NCBI GenBank assembly: GCA_028534125.1
Contig: CM052816.1
Coordinates: forward strand, 65,784,001 to 65,848,000
From: Lama glama
Lineage: Eukaryota
Direction: 5' to 3'
DNA: 64,000 bases
The notes below the pieces were generated by a model. The model saw nothing but the letters and a program-made list of their open reading frames with translations, had not been told where the DNA came from and searched no databases. Made by a program: the position numbers and the translations under genes. Below are positions 1 to 13,148 of this stretch, in pieces (the first letter of the stretch is position 1; each line of letters starts with the position of its first letter).

Positions 1-3000
1 AAATAACATGAGACTAGATCATTTGACTTATTATAGGAGATATTTTACTCAAATTCAGTCCCATATGAGAAAGCTTCCTCCACCTGCCCTGGACAGTAGA
101 GGTCTTACCACAAGAGAGAGAGCTGAAAGACAGTCTTGTCCCAAGAGACAGAGAAGCATAATGGAGATGCTTTGTCTCCTCTTATGCTTACAGCTCACCT
201 TCCTAATTCTGAGTTTATGAGGACCTTTCTCTCCCTCTGGTGATTGTATGCTAGGATTTAGTACCACATTTAGGAAAGAAGCCCCTGCCATCAAAATATC
301 CAAATACAGCACCAGAGTTCCAATACTTTAATAGGAGGCACAAGCATGTATCATCAAGGTAGAGGAATCATTTAATCACAGCATGAATCATAGTATGTCT
401 TCAGTAAACATTAATTACCTTTCCTTCCTCTGGAAATGACATTCAGTACTCTCTAACTCGCCTAAGACCTTAACTATCTGGAGGCCATTTTCTTGCATGC
501 CAGGACCACATCATTCCAAGCTTTTTCTTGTGATATTTGCCCTTCCTGGAATATTTCCCCTTACCTTCTTCTCATACAAATCTTGCAGGGCTTTTTTTTT
601 TTTTAGGTCAGACCAACCCCACAAGATCTTTTATCTAATTGAACCCCACGGTGATGTCACCTCTTCTTTGTACGTCTATGATTTGTCTATACCAATCATT
701 TTTTTCAATTAAATATACAATAAAATGTTTTGGTATGGAGATGTTGTCTTCCCTGAAAGAAAAGAACCATGATTTTCTCTTTAAACTTAAAAAAAATTCA
801 TCACCATGCATAACACAGGGCTACGTATGTAGGAGACAAAGAATAATACGGTAATAATCTAGTAAATAATCTGTGAATGTCTGAAATATCTGTTCATTAA
901 TCCATTCACTCAAAAGACATAAGCACCTTGTCAGGCATTGCTAGATATTCAAGCACAGAAATAAAACAATGATAGAGAACCACTTATTGTGAATACGAAA
1001 GTTTTAGATAAAGAAGAGGTGTTAGAAATAGCTTTTTAAGAAATCGGTTTGGTAAACTCATATATCCAAGATTATAGAGAGCCATCTTGTGGACAGTTCA
1101 GTTTCTCACCCAAAAAACATCTTTAGATAAAGTCTAGCTGCAGAATTTTTTTTTAAGTATATTAAAACTGTATATAATTAAGTATATTTAACCAATTCCC
1201 ATAAGTTAATAGTCTTTACACTATTTCTTTTTATTTCCTTAGCAAAGAAATAATTGTCATACCATGACTTACAACATTTTACATAAAACATCTTTTAGAA
1301 TTGTGGTCAGAAAATAAGAGTCCTTATAGATTACCTCCTCCAATGATCAATCACTTTTGGGGCTTTAATGATGATTTGAAAATCTGATTAAATCTATGGT
1401 TTGCTCCCTCGAGAAATGCAAATATACACACAATTTTTCTTTACCAGCTCTCCACAGTTTACTCATGAACCTGTTCATGGACTTCATATTTTAAACTCCT
1501 GTATTTTATGATACACAAGAAGGTATAGAAGATTTTGGGGTGAAAACAAAGATTTGATACCATTATTTCTTCACCCTCAGAGGCTCATCGTCATACAACT
1601 TCATAGAATAGATGAATAAATCATTATGAAATATTTTTCCTATACTGAGTCCCTCAGCTAAGTCTTAATATTTATAGTTTTTAGTTTCTTAAAGTTCCTG
1701 ACATCAACAAAGGTATAATTTTTATACTAGGCTCATGTCATTGTGTCAAAATCCTTGGTGTTTCTTCTCTCCAAAATAAAAGATGTATTTTGGAACTACA
1801 CTTAGCCTTGAACCCACATTCATGGGTAGATGATCCATGGCAGTATGAGGTTGATACATTTGGGGGAAAAGGTCCTTTTTTTTTGTATATACATATGTTA
1901 CCCTACATATAGACATACAATCACACTGCTAGTTCTCTGTTTCCTCTTTCTTTCTCATTAGGAAACCAGGTGCATTCACAAAAGTCACCTCTTTTGGTTG
2001 GGACCATTGGAGCTGTTTTTTTTTCTTTTCTTAACATTTATGAGAGTTTATGTTTCCTTCATCTCTTTCTCATCATTAGGAACTCTAGTAGCCTAAGTCA
2101 GTACATCCCCAAGTAAGTCCTGTGGGGTGCTAGTTCCGTATAATATCAACAGGTGCTGCATGCAGAATGATTCTATGGTCAAATAAGTTGTGATTCACAA
2201 AACTAAACTGATGTATAACTGTAAGATTCCTAAAGTCTGTAACAAATCAAATAAGTATTTTAAATCTCCAACAGAGACACCATGTGCAATATTCCAAACT
2301 TTATAAAATATGGAACTTACCTGTTTCTCTGTTTTCAGTGTATCTAATGGGGTTGATGTTCCACAGAAAACATTTTGGAAATACAAAGATAGATTTAAAA
2401 ATATACAGAGATTTCTTGAACAAATTTCAGGATGGTGAGAAATTGACTTCTAGTGAAAAATATTGTGGAAGAGGAAATTTTACATTAGATGATCATAATT
2501 CAAGTATTTGTAACCTTATTTTAACTTAGCAGGCAATTTGATCTAACAGATAAAAGCACTTACTTGAAAGTTGACATGGTTTATTCCTCAGTACAGGCGT
2601 ACTCTTTTTCAAGTGATTAGCAGTTATTTTACCTCTCCAGTTAATGCAAAACAATTCTTGTAGGAGTAATAGAAACACTATGACGGGTATAAAACTCACT
2701 TTAAGATGCCTTGTGCATCAATTCCCAAGTAGTATTCTGAAAGATGACTTACTCTGTTATTAACTGATGTCCAGAGGGAAAAGGTTCAATGATTCTGCAA
2801 ATATTCTCCATCTTCTAGGGTAGACACATTCGAATTATTATATCCAAAGCTCTTAGAAGCCCTGCAGTAAAATTTTTTTTCTTTAAAATTGTCAAGCCAT
2901 ACCTTCCAAATTATTCGACTCTCTAGTCTTTTCCTTATTTTTATTATTCAACTGAACTCTTAAAATTTCAAAAATGAGTGTTCCAGGCAACAGTTCAGGA

Positions 3001-3098
3001 AATGTTCTTCTGCCTTTTTCTGTTTTTAATACATAAAATTATTTTTAAATCCACATTAATAGAGAAGAGCAATTGCATGTATAATCTAAAAAGTATGG

Positions 3099-3272
3099 AA
3101 GGAGGGTATAAATCAGTGACAGAGTGTGTGACTAACATGCATGAAGTCCTGGGTTCATTCCTCAATACCTCCATTATAAATAGATAAACAAACAAACAAA
3201 CAAACAAACCTAATTATCCCCCCTAAAAATAAATACAATAAAGTAGAATTTAAAAGAAATAAGTTTAAAAAT
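3099..3272 (+). mobile_element. tRNA-derived SINE (camelid vic-1-like)
   Basis: GGAGGGTATAAATCAGTG...GGGTTCATTCC A/B-box head, (AAAC)n, CCTAATTA-CCCCC, A-rich tail, degenerate TSD ending in tatgga. Confidence 0.85.
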
Positions 3273-4139
3273 TAAAACTATGGACTTCTGATTAATGGTG
3301 GTGAATTGACTATATGCATTCATGTCATCTACAATTAAATAGAGGGATTTAAAAGAAAGAGCATGAGAATACGAAAGAAGATTACCTTGTCCCACCCAAC
3401 CACCCATTCTCATCCTCAGCTCCTGCCACAGAATACTCAAGGTTAATTTTCTGAAGAAATGTTATTTAAAACACCCAGCCCTCAAAGAGCAGATGTGGCA
3501 AGTGTCTGGTTGTGATGGACTGAAACAAGCAATGAAAGGAATGCCTGTGTTGTGGTCCGATTCTCCGGGAAGCAGGCTCTGAGACTGAGGTGTATGTTGT
3601 TTATGGGGATGTACTCTCAGTACTGACACTTCCAGGGTGAGGAGGGGAAGAGGATTAAAGCCTCAGTGGAGGCCTCAGCTGACCCAATGGCAAATGTGAG
3701 CTACCATTTGGAAAAAAAAGAAATTAATACAAAGAAGATTGCACAGGTGAAAAAAAAAAAAAGGCAGTTACTGACTCCAAGAAAAACAGAAGTTATACCA
3801 TAAGGGAAATATAATCCTATTACCTATGTAGTAAATAAGATTTATATAGTAAATATATGCAAACCGTGATTATAAATTTAACTGAAAACTGTGATTTAAC
3901 TAGGTGAAAGAAGGGAAGTGGGGTTAGTATAAGAGAATTAAATATATCTCTAATATAACAAGACATGAATTGATAATAGCTAAAAATTTCAAGATCATGA
4001 AAGTACAATATCTGCATATGACTTAGAATTAGTTAAGTACCAACAGAAACAAAATGATTTGCAAAAAGGCATTCAGAGTAGGCACGATAAATTTTTCACA
4101 AGTCTTTGAGTATAATTTTTATTAATTTGTAATTTCTCT

Positions 4140-4491
4140 ATTCACCACGATGGGTTGAGTTAAGCTGCCTTAACAATCAACCTCTGAATCGTATAACAAA
4201 GGTTGACTTTTTTTCCCATACTACCTGTCATCACTTGGGAGCTATGCTCTGTAGCTACCTTACTGGTATGGAGGCCGACCAAGAGTTGGCATCTTAGACT
4301 TTGCTGGTCTCTCTGGCAGAAGGAAGAAAGAGTGGAGGTTCTCACACCAGCAGTTCAATGTTTGTCCACACATGACTCATGAGTTTGGCTAGAACTAATC
4401 ATATGGCCCCATTCAGCCACAAGAGGTTTATTAAGTGCTCCTGGTAGAAGGACAGCTGGATATATTAGCCAACAACTCTAATGACTACCAC
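4140..4491 (-). mobile_element. Old MaLR LTR (MLT1-like)
   Basis: TTGGCTAGAACTAATCATATGGCCCCATTCAGCCACAAG...ACTACCACA terminus. Confidence 0.65.
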
Positions 4492-4558
4492 AATTTCTCT
4501 CACCAAAATTAAGTGAAAGTAAAATGACTTACTTCTAGCTAAAACAAATTCCTTAAAT

Positions 4559-5058
4559 NNNNNNNNNNNNNNNNNNNNNNNNNNNNNNNNNNNNNNNNNN
4601 NNNNNNNNNNNNNNNNNNNNNNNNNNNNNNNNNNNNNNNNNNNNNNNNNNNNNNNNNNNNNNNNNNNNNNNNNNNNNNNNNNNNNNNNNNNNNNNNNNNN
4701 NNNNNNNNNNNNNNNNNNNNNNNNNNNNNNNNNNNNNNNNNNNNNNNNNNNNNNNNNNNNNNNNNNNNNNNNNNNNNNNNNNNNNNNNNNNNNNNNNNNN
4801 NNNNNNNNNNNNNNNNNNNNNNNNNNNNNNNNNNNNNNNNNNNNNNNNNNNNNNNNNNNNNNNNNNNNNNNNNNNNNNNNNNNNNNNNNNNNNNNNNNNN
4901 NNNNNNNNNNNNNNNNNNNNNNNNNNNNNNNNNNNNNNNNNNNNNNNNNNNNNNNNNNNNNNNNNNNNNNNNNNNNNNNNNNNNNNNNNNNNNNNNNNNN
5001 NNNNNNNNNNNNNNNNNNNNNNNNNNNNNNNNNNNNNNNNNNNNNNNNNNNNNNNNNN
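4559..5058. other. Assembly gap (500 N) with identical 94-bp flanks
   Basis: Run of N; 4465-4558 is identical to 5059-5152. Confidence 0.97.
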
Positions 5059-5324
5059 TTAGCCAACAACTCTAATGACTACCACAATTTCTCTCACCAA
5101 AATTAAGTGAAAGTAAAATGACTTACTTCTAGCTAAAACAAATTCCTTAAATATTAATGATTCATATATGTGATCAAATACACAAACATTTGTATAATAA
5201 ATATATGAAATAAATATATATATTAAATATATTAAGTAAAAATGTGAATAAAATATGTAAATAAAAATATTTACAATTATATATGTATAATTTATATTTT
5301 TTATATTTGGCTCTTCTATGCATG

Positions 5325-5830
5325 CTTTATTTATTTATTCCTTAAACAAATGTTTTTTGAATCTTTTCCATTTATTGGGCATTATTACAGGTCCCAGGTA
5401 TTCAACTGTGAGCAATGCAGACAGAACCCCCTGTTTTTATGTAGCTTATATAGGGGCAGGGAGACTCAGTAAACATAAGTTGCATGATGTTCTGTTATGT
5501 GTTGGAAGGTTACAGGTACTGGGGAAAGACAGTGCATAAGAAGGGGAGCTAAAAGTAAGACCAAAGGTGTATGGTTAGAATTTTAAATAGGGAAGTCAGT
5601 TAGTCCTCACTGAGAAAAGTGAGGCAAGGCTTGAAGAGGATGAGGGTTGGGCAGTGTGGATCCCTGGACAGAGTGAGCAGCAAATGCAAACGCCCTGAGT
5701 CAGGAGCACCCTGGCTGTTTCCTGGAAGAAGAGGAGGCTGGTGAGACTTCAATGAGAGAATGAAAGTGACAGTAGTAGGGGACCCAATGCGCATCTGTGG
5801 GACATAGAGGCTGTGCTAAAGACCTCTATC
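5325..5830 (-). mobile_element. L2 fragment
   Basis: Starts TTTATTCCTTAAACAAATGTTTTTTGAA (reverse of the L2 3' end); purine-rich body with AAATGCAAACGCCCTGAG. Confidence 0.75.
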
Positions 5831-6084
5831 CTCAGTTAATTATTTGAATTCTAGGTGAAATGCTTCAACTTCTAATGAAAAATACATTGCTCAGTATTTG
5901 GAAGATGACTAATATTTCATAGAAGCCAAACTTGGTCACATTATGAAGAAGACAGAAAAATGTAGAATCTATTTTTTCGATTCATTTTAATTTGACTAAG
6001 GCTCTTCCATGCTTTATATGCTGTACCAAACACCTATCCTTCTACAAGTACAGGCATAAAATGAAGTTTACAGAAAGTCAAGGA

Positions 6085-6270
6085 GGCAACTAATATTTAC
6101 TGAGCTTCTACAGCATTACCTCATTTAATGCCTAGGCAAATAGAAAGTCCTCATTTTACAGATGAGAATACTGAGTCTCAAGGGGTATAAACTGATTTGA
6201 ATTATCAAGCTATAGTAGAACTGGAATTTAATCTCAGGTCGGTCCCCCTGAAGCATTTTTCACCATTGTT
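6085..6270 (-). mobile_element. MIR
   Basis: CTCATTTTACAGATGAGAATACTGAG core. Confidence 0.7.
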
Positions 6271-6553
6271 TATATTTGACTCCCCAAAATATGTTTTGCA
6301 GTTCATTGATTTCCTGGTCCAGGGAATTATTTATGTTTTTGTTCTAAAACTCATCTGCTAGGCTGAGACTACCCATAGAGAGAATTGGCCTTTAGAGATC
6401 ATCACTGCCGCCCTATTGCCATCTACAAGAACTAGAAAGCATTATTTACAGAGAATAATCCACACAGTGATAATTAAGTATTAACTGTATTTATGATGAC
6501 AATTTTGTCTAATTTACTAAAGAAAAAAGAATTAAAATGCACTCAGATTTGAG

Positions 6554-6629
6554 ATTTACTGTCCTTTTTTTTCCCTTTTCTTTTGCAGGTAAGTTTGGAA
6601 ATTATTTTGCTAATGGAAGAGAGGTATGG
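6554..6629 (+). other. PDE4D: Candidate recursive splice site (3'ss directly followed by 5'ss) with a 35-nt RS-exon
   Basis: tttAc branch-like motif (A6558), AG-free pyrimidine tract 6562-6584, CAG|GTAAGT at 6588|6589, alternative donor GAG|GTATGG at 6623|6624. Same strand as PDE4D. Confidence 0.7.
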
Positions 6630-7972
6630 TGTCACTTTTTTGCTGAATTTAATTTTGATTGCTTTTAACATTGGGTTTGAAAGATGATGCGTCTCACCTT
6701 GCATTTTGTTGTGGTTGTGGTTGTTTTGTTGTTGCAAATATTTGTAAGTTAACATTGTGGGTTTAAGTTATTCAATTCATGAGTTTTAAGTATGTGAGTC
6801 CATAAAGTGATCTATGCATTTTGTATTTTGGTTTGTATTTAAATAATTTCTATGCCAGATACAAGGAAAGAGATTGTATTGGGAGGATGAGGGAAATACA
6901 AGAGTAGATAATATGAATGCAGTGGGAGTCTGTAAGGCTGAGAAGGGCAGCAACCTTCAGCTCTGGGCGCGTAATCTACAATGACCATGGCTGTGTGTCA
7001 GAAAAATAAGATGTCTTTTCATGAGCAGAGGTAATCAGCCAGAGACTGCTTTTTAAACCCTTGGTTTCATGTTTTCTTCTATTATTTTACAACATATCTG
7101 ACCAGGGTATTGCTGATGCGTATCTTTGAAAAAGGTATGGCTGTAACCATTTTGAACTAGAAGTCAGATTTTAAGTTAGAAAGCAATAAAATACATTCAC
7201 TTCCTGAAAGCCATCTGGAAAAAAGCAATAATGAACTATAATTAGCTATTTCAGATAAGAAGAAGGATATTTCAATAAATCTTCTAGAGAAGATAAACTA
7301 TCAGAAAGGCTTAGGAAGATGTAGGATTTGTACTGAGGAAAGAAAGTAGCCTCTTAAGTGTCCCCCGCACAGGACTGTGGCTTTATTATTGTGCACTGTG
7401 TTTTCATTCACATAAGAAAGAAGTGATTGTGTGGATCTGAATCAGGCAGAAAACTGAAGTAAACTCTATGCTAATTATAAATGGTGTGTTTACCTTATTC
7501 TAGAAAGAGTGTATGGGTTTGTAAAAGTATTAAATATATAAAAATAAAGAGAGACAGGGGCACTAAATCTACTCCTAGTCTAAGTTCTTCCTCATCAGTA
7601 GGAGATGATGTAGCTCAGGAGGCAAGAGAGTTCTTGGGCCCCTGGTCCTGATGGGTAAAGAAATTTGATCTCATTCTATTCTCTTTGATATAATCATAAC
7701 AATAACAAATTCATCAGGGTAGAGTTAACTGTTATCACTCTGAGTAAATTTACAACAATCAAGGAGTTCAGATGTTTTCACTGAGAAAATACAAATCTGG
7801 TATTTGAACCACAAAGTTCGTTGGCCTGCAACTCTCTTCATTTTAACTAGTATTCTAGTGTTTGATGGATAGGAGGGGAATTAAAGGATATTGGCAAATG
7901 TCATGACATGTTTGGAAAATACATGTATTTTTTTTTCCTCTTCTAATCTAAGTGTCAGAGAGATTCTTTAAC

Positions 7973-8180
7973 CCAGGGAGGGATCAGTAAAATTTTTCTC
8001 TGAGGAGCCAGATACTAAATATTTTAGACTTTGCAGGACATAAGGCATCTGTGGTACAACTCTGCCATTGTAGAACAAAGGTAGCCATCCATAGAGAAAA
8101 TGTAATGGATTAGCATGGCGTGTTCCAATAAAGCTTTATTTACAAAAACAGGTGGTGGGTAGAATTTGCCCTGTGGTAGG
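7973..8180 (+). mobile_element. hAT-Charlie MITE (MER58A-like)
   Basis: GAGCCAGATACTAAATATTTTAGACTTTGCAGG...GTGTTCCAATAAAGCTTTATTTACAAAAACAGGTGGTGGG. Confidence 0.8.
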
Positions 8181-8879
8181 TGTGAAATGAAATGAAAGAT
8201 TTTAAGTCATCTTTAAGATTTTGGAGACAGCGTATCTGTTGGCCACCTTCTGCTGTAGATACACCTCTGGTATAAATAGGAATGAACTGGTGTTCGTCTC
8301 TCATTTAGAAACAGGTTAAAACCTCTCAAAAGCTTTGATGAATTTAAACACTAGAGGGCACAAAAGGATGTTTTTAAGTCAGGGACCTTTGGTAAACAGA
8401 AGTCTGCAATTTTGAAAAACTGCCTCAAGTCAAGTGATGTGACCTCAATGTGCATAATTTGTCAGAAATATTGGCCTGCAGTTGCAGTGACCTCACCGGC
8501 CACAAGAACTTGAAGTGGCTGACCAACTCTGTGTTGCTATAATAATAGCTATATGTCCTTTTTTTTTTTTCTCAGTTGCTTGCTTTTGGCCTTTTCATAA
8601 AATGTGGACAAAACTGAGAATTTATGTGGTAGAATTATTTTCCACCTTATACGAGAAGAATCCTTTTTTGATTGCTCTGGGTTCTGACTATTTTCATGAG
8701 GTAAAAGTCTTCTCTGTAGTAAGGAACAAGCTATTTTCAATTATCTTATGTTTTCCAAATCCTTAAAAAAGTCATAAATAAAACAATGCATAAAAATATA
8801 GTTTTACTTTGATTTTTGAAATCAGTTGAGGGTTTTACTTGAGAAAAATTATTAAAAATCATCAGGAGCCTTAAGCCTC

Positions 8880-9360
8880 AAAAATACTCCTATCCTTTAA
8901 TCCAGTAATTCTACTCATAGGTATTTGGATTATGAAATTAATCTGAGATATTAAAAAGATTTATGTTCAAAGATACTCACCACAAAAGTACTTACAATAT
9001 TAAAAACCTCCATATAATATAAACCTGCCACATAAATATTGAAAGAAATTTTGATATTAGACTCAGATAATGGGATCTTATCAACTATTGCAAATAGTTT
9101 CAAATAACTTTAAATATGTGGGAAATTGCATATAGGATAACATAAAAGGCAAAGCAGAATCCAAAATCATATACCCCAAAGTCTCAATTGAATGTTAAAA
9201 TCAGATGCATATATATGAATGTACACTTAAAAATAAGAAAGAAAATGATCCAGAGGACTTACCTCTGGCTGTAGATGATTTTTGTTTTCTTTTCACTTTT
9301 CTTCATTTTCCATCTTTTCTGTAAGGAATATTCATCATTTATATAGTTATAAAAAATAAA
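8880..9360 (+). mobile_element. Old L1 (L1ME-like) 3' fragment
   Basis: CCTTTAATCCAGTAATTCTACTCATAGGTATTT...GTTCAAAGATACTCACCACA resembles a degenerate L1 3' region. Confidence 0.6.
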
Positions 9361-10365
9361 TGTTACTCAAACAGAAAACTATTTCAGCCTTCTCATACGG
9401 TACTTTTTTGGATATGGTTTTTAGGTCAGTGCTGGTAAAAGTCAGCAAGTTATAAGAAAAGTATATTATTTTATGCATCAGAAAATCCATTTAAATTAAT
9501 TATTGATTGTTAGGCAGACACATCAATAGAGTCACCTTTTTAGGCCTGCAGGACAGGCTTTCGTGTTGCGGTTGAGTTGCCATGCACTTGGCAGTAAGAG
9601 GGCACAGAGGCAGGGCGGAGGAGACCAGCGAAGCAAGGACTTTCTGGAAAGCCTGTGGTGCTGAGTTTAGCACAGAAATCCCCTGTAAGGTCCTGCACTG
9701 TGGTCAATTAGGACATTTGCACCAGGCACACACTCCTCTGGTCCTTCACAGTCTGCCTGGTGCCCTGGCCTTTCCCTGCTACTGAACTTCACAGACTGTG
9801 TAGGGGGAGGGGCTAGAGACAGAAATGGGAGATTGAAGGATGTTAAACTGGGCTGTGCCCTGAGCACAGAATTTCTTAGAAATGGCTTTGCATAGCATAT
9901 TAAAGGAAATCCCATAAATAATACTGGGAAAAATACCACAATCATGGTGCAAAGTGAAAACTTAACACTAGTGTTCAGTTGAGCTTTTTCTCAAGATATT
10001 TTTAATAGCATGAATTATTACTAAAAATGTAGTTTTCTCTTTCTTATTTTATGAAAAGATACCTGGTTGTAGTATGGTGACTACAGTTAATAATTCTGGA
10101 AAAAGAGAAGGTATCTGAAAGAGTGAACATAGCATGAGAAAAAAAGGCACAAAGGTTGAGTTGCACAGAGTAATTGTTTTCATAATTCACTGTGGGTTTT
10201 GTAAATTTCCTTGGAGCTCTTAATCTCTGGTACCTAGGAGATTGAGAGCCACGTCCACTTTTACCTGGCAAATAATTTGATGAACTGAGTGAAAAGATGG
10301 AATTGAGATAACCTAAGGCCATCAAATAACTCTTTTGACTTAATTTTCTCTGTATGCAATGTTCT

Positions 10366-10510
10366 TTTTAAACAATTTTTTTACTATTTTTTAAAAATTT
10401 TTGTAGGGGAAGTAATTAGGTTTCTTTATTTATTTTTAGAGGAGGTACTGGGGATTGAACCTAGGACCTCATACCTGCTAAGCTCTACCACTTGAGCTAT
10501 ACCCTCCCCC
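10366..10510 (-). mobile_element. tRNA-derived SINE (vic-1-like)
   Basis: Reverse complement of GGGGGAGGGTATAGCTCAAGTGGTAGAG...GGTTCAATCCCCAGTACC; CAATGTTCT on both sides as TSD. Confidence 0.88.
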
Positions 10511-11411
10511 TACAATGTTCTCTTCATTTTTAACTTTTGAACCAAACTGGCTTTTAACATAAACATAAATTCAGTCATTTGAAATTATTCACAAAGATCT
10601 GTGAGACATTCTAAAGTTGACTAGTTTATATTCTCAAATGATACTGGTTTATATACATGTGTGTATATATATGCAATGTTCTCACGCATATCAAGGTCAA
10701 ATAAAGCTGCACATTAAGCACTAGCTATTGTCCGCTGAGGAGGTGAGGAAATGGATGACGTGGCTTATCTAAACGAATTACCAAAGGAAATACAGAAGCC
10801 TTTAATCCTTTTTTGAACAAAGCAGAATTAAATATTCATCACAAGAAGGAATAGCAGAATTTAGAGCAAAATAATGAAATTTCCTTGGAGTCTGACTTCT
10901 AAGAGATTTGAGGGATCCGTTTAAGACATATTTATTTAGCTCCTACTGTGCCAGGCAGTCCCAGGGATATGTGGCCCCAGGAGGTTCACAGCCAAGTAGA
11001 ACGTTGAACGCACAGCACTCTTCTTGATAGCACATTCTCAGAAAAAGGAAGACTGCAATATGCATTAGGTCCCAAAAAAGAAACGAATTAAAGTGAAGAA
11101 TGCTTCCAGTCACTACAGATGCCTTTGACATGATTATTCCCATGTACTCACACCTGTATCTCCCCAGCTAACCCACAGCACAGTCCACCCTTGCCTTTTT
11201 TTCACTACCTTGTTTATTAGTTCTCAGATAAACTAAAGGAGGATGAATCTGAGCTTTTCGCACCTGTAGTAGGTTCACTTTCCATTCCAGAGAAACCATA
11301 GACAGACCTTTTTTCAGCTAAAGTGTGTTAGTTAATATTCACAGTAAGGACACACAGCTTCCTGAACATAAGAAATATGAAATAATACAGTTGTTGAAAA
11401 ACTATGTTGAA

Positions 11412-11702
11412 TAGATGAATAAGTCCTAGAGATCTACTGTATAATATGGTTCCTATAGTTAACAAATACTGTATCGTGCTCTTAAAACTTTCTTAAAGGG
11501 GTAGATGTCATGTTAAGTATTATTCACACACTCACACATGCACAAATCCAAAAACCAGAGACTCAAGAAAACTTTTGGAGGTGATAGATATATTTATTAC
11601 CTTGACTGTAGTGATGGTTTCACGGATGTAAATTATGTACATTAAATATGTACAGGTTTTTGCATATTAATTATACTTGAATAAAGCTGGGTTTAAAAAA
11701 AA
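11412..11702 (+). mobile_element. L1MA/L1MB-like 3' end
   Basis: AAGTCCTAGAGATCTACTGTATAATATGG...AATAAAGCTGGG-A tail; degenerate TSD AAAACTATGTTGA / AAAACCTATATTGA. Confidence 0.75.
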
Positions 11703-12189
11703 CCTATATTGATTATATATGCCAGTGTCTTGGATATTGAAAATGTGAGGGGAAAAAATTCATGACATTATCTCCCTGGCTCCAGTCATCACTGCTCCAA
11801 TCCTCGTGGAATAGAACCAAACATCAATTGTTCTAAAATTCTACTTTCATTATTTTGGTCCCTTGTTTGGAAACTTTTGATGATTTTTCACTTCTAAATG
11901 GAACAAAGGTACCATTTCTAACAGAACATTCCAAGTTTTGCACAGTCCAGTCTAAACCTGTCCTTTGTACCTTGAACTGACTACCACTGTTCATGGTGTT
12001 CTCCCCTCTGAACTCCAGTGGCCCCCCTATGCATGCATGCAGCTTGTCTCCTAGAGCCTTAGATAGATCATGCTTCTGAAGGGCAGCGACTGCTTCTGCT
12101 TGTAACAGGGCAATGCCAGTCTCAGTGTTTAGGAAATCTTTGACTAATAACTACCAGTATTAATCTCATATGATTATCAGATGAGTGAA

Positions 12190-13148
12190 TTCATCCACTA
12201 GCAAATGTGTGTTGAGCCTCTATCACTAACAGACCCTACTTTAGTTGCTGGTAAACAGCAGTGAACAAAGCAGAGTCTGTTTTCTAAAGAAACTTCATTT
12301 GTGTGTGTGGGGGGGTGGAGACAGACAATACACAAACATGTAAAATACACAAACGTGCAAAAGATAGAGTATGTCGTGATGATCAGTTTTATGAGGAAAA
12401 ATAATGCAGGGTGATGGTGGTTCTATTTTAGATTGAATAGTCAAAATAGGTAGCCCTCTCTTTTAAACTGACATTTTGATCTTAAAATGAAAGGACTATG
12501 CAGATACCTGAAGCAACAGCATTTCCGGAAGAGGAAAGAGTGAAGTGCAAAGGTCCTGAGGTAGGAGCAGGTGCACTGTGTTCAAAGAACGGAAGAAGAC
12601 AAGTATGAGTGGAACCGAGTAAGCAAGGGGAAGGAGAGAAGGGAACAAAGTCAGGAAGACAGGAAAGGGCTTTTGTCACCCATGGTAAGGAGTCTGGATT
12701 TTATCCTCAGTAGAGTGGGAAACTAGGAGAGGGTTTTGAACAAAGAAATGGCATCTATTTTCAAGGGAAGGATCACTCTGAGTATTCTGAGCGGAATAGA
12801 CTTGGAGGGAGGGTGGAAGCAGGAGAAAATGGTTAAGAATTCACTTTTGTAGTCTGGGGAAGAGAGATGGTGACCAAGGTGGTGGCATTGGAAGTGGCGA
12901 GTAGTGACCCAATTCTGGCTACAGTTTGAAAACAGAGCTGACAGTATTGGATGATGGATTTTCACATGGGGTAAAAGTAAAAGAGATGAGTCAAAGATGA
13001 TTCAAGGGCTTTGGCCTGAAAAAATTGAAAACTTGTGTTTTCATTTGCCGAGTTGGGGAAAGACGAGGGAAGAGTAGATTTAGTGGTGGGGTGATGGAGA
13101 CCTAAATCTAAAATTCAGTCTGGGCATCTTAAATCTGAGAGGCCTCCT
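12190..13148 (-). mobile_element. L2 (continues after the LTR at about 13609-13680)
   Basis: ATTCATCCACTAGCAAATG...GTGCAAAGGTCCTGAGGTAGGAG...GAGTCAAAGATGATTCAAGG typical antisense L2. Confidence 0.85.

Noticed and set aside
1932..1975. Acceptor-like tract with TAG and a possible 8-nt microexon (GAAACCAG|GTGCAT)
   Set aside because: Weak donor, frame-shifting length, no other support; such tracts are common by chance.
4539..5069. 176-aa ORF
   Set aside because: Artefact of translating the N gap.
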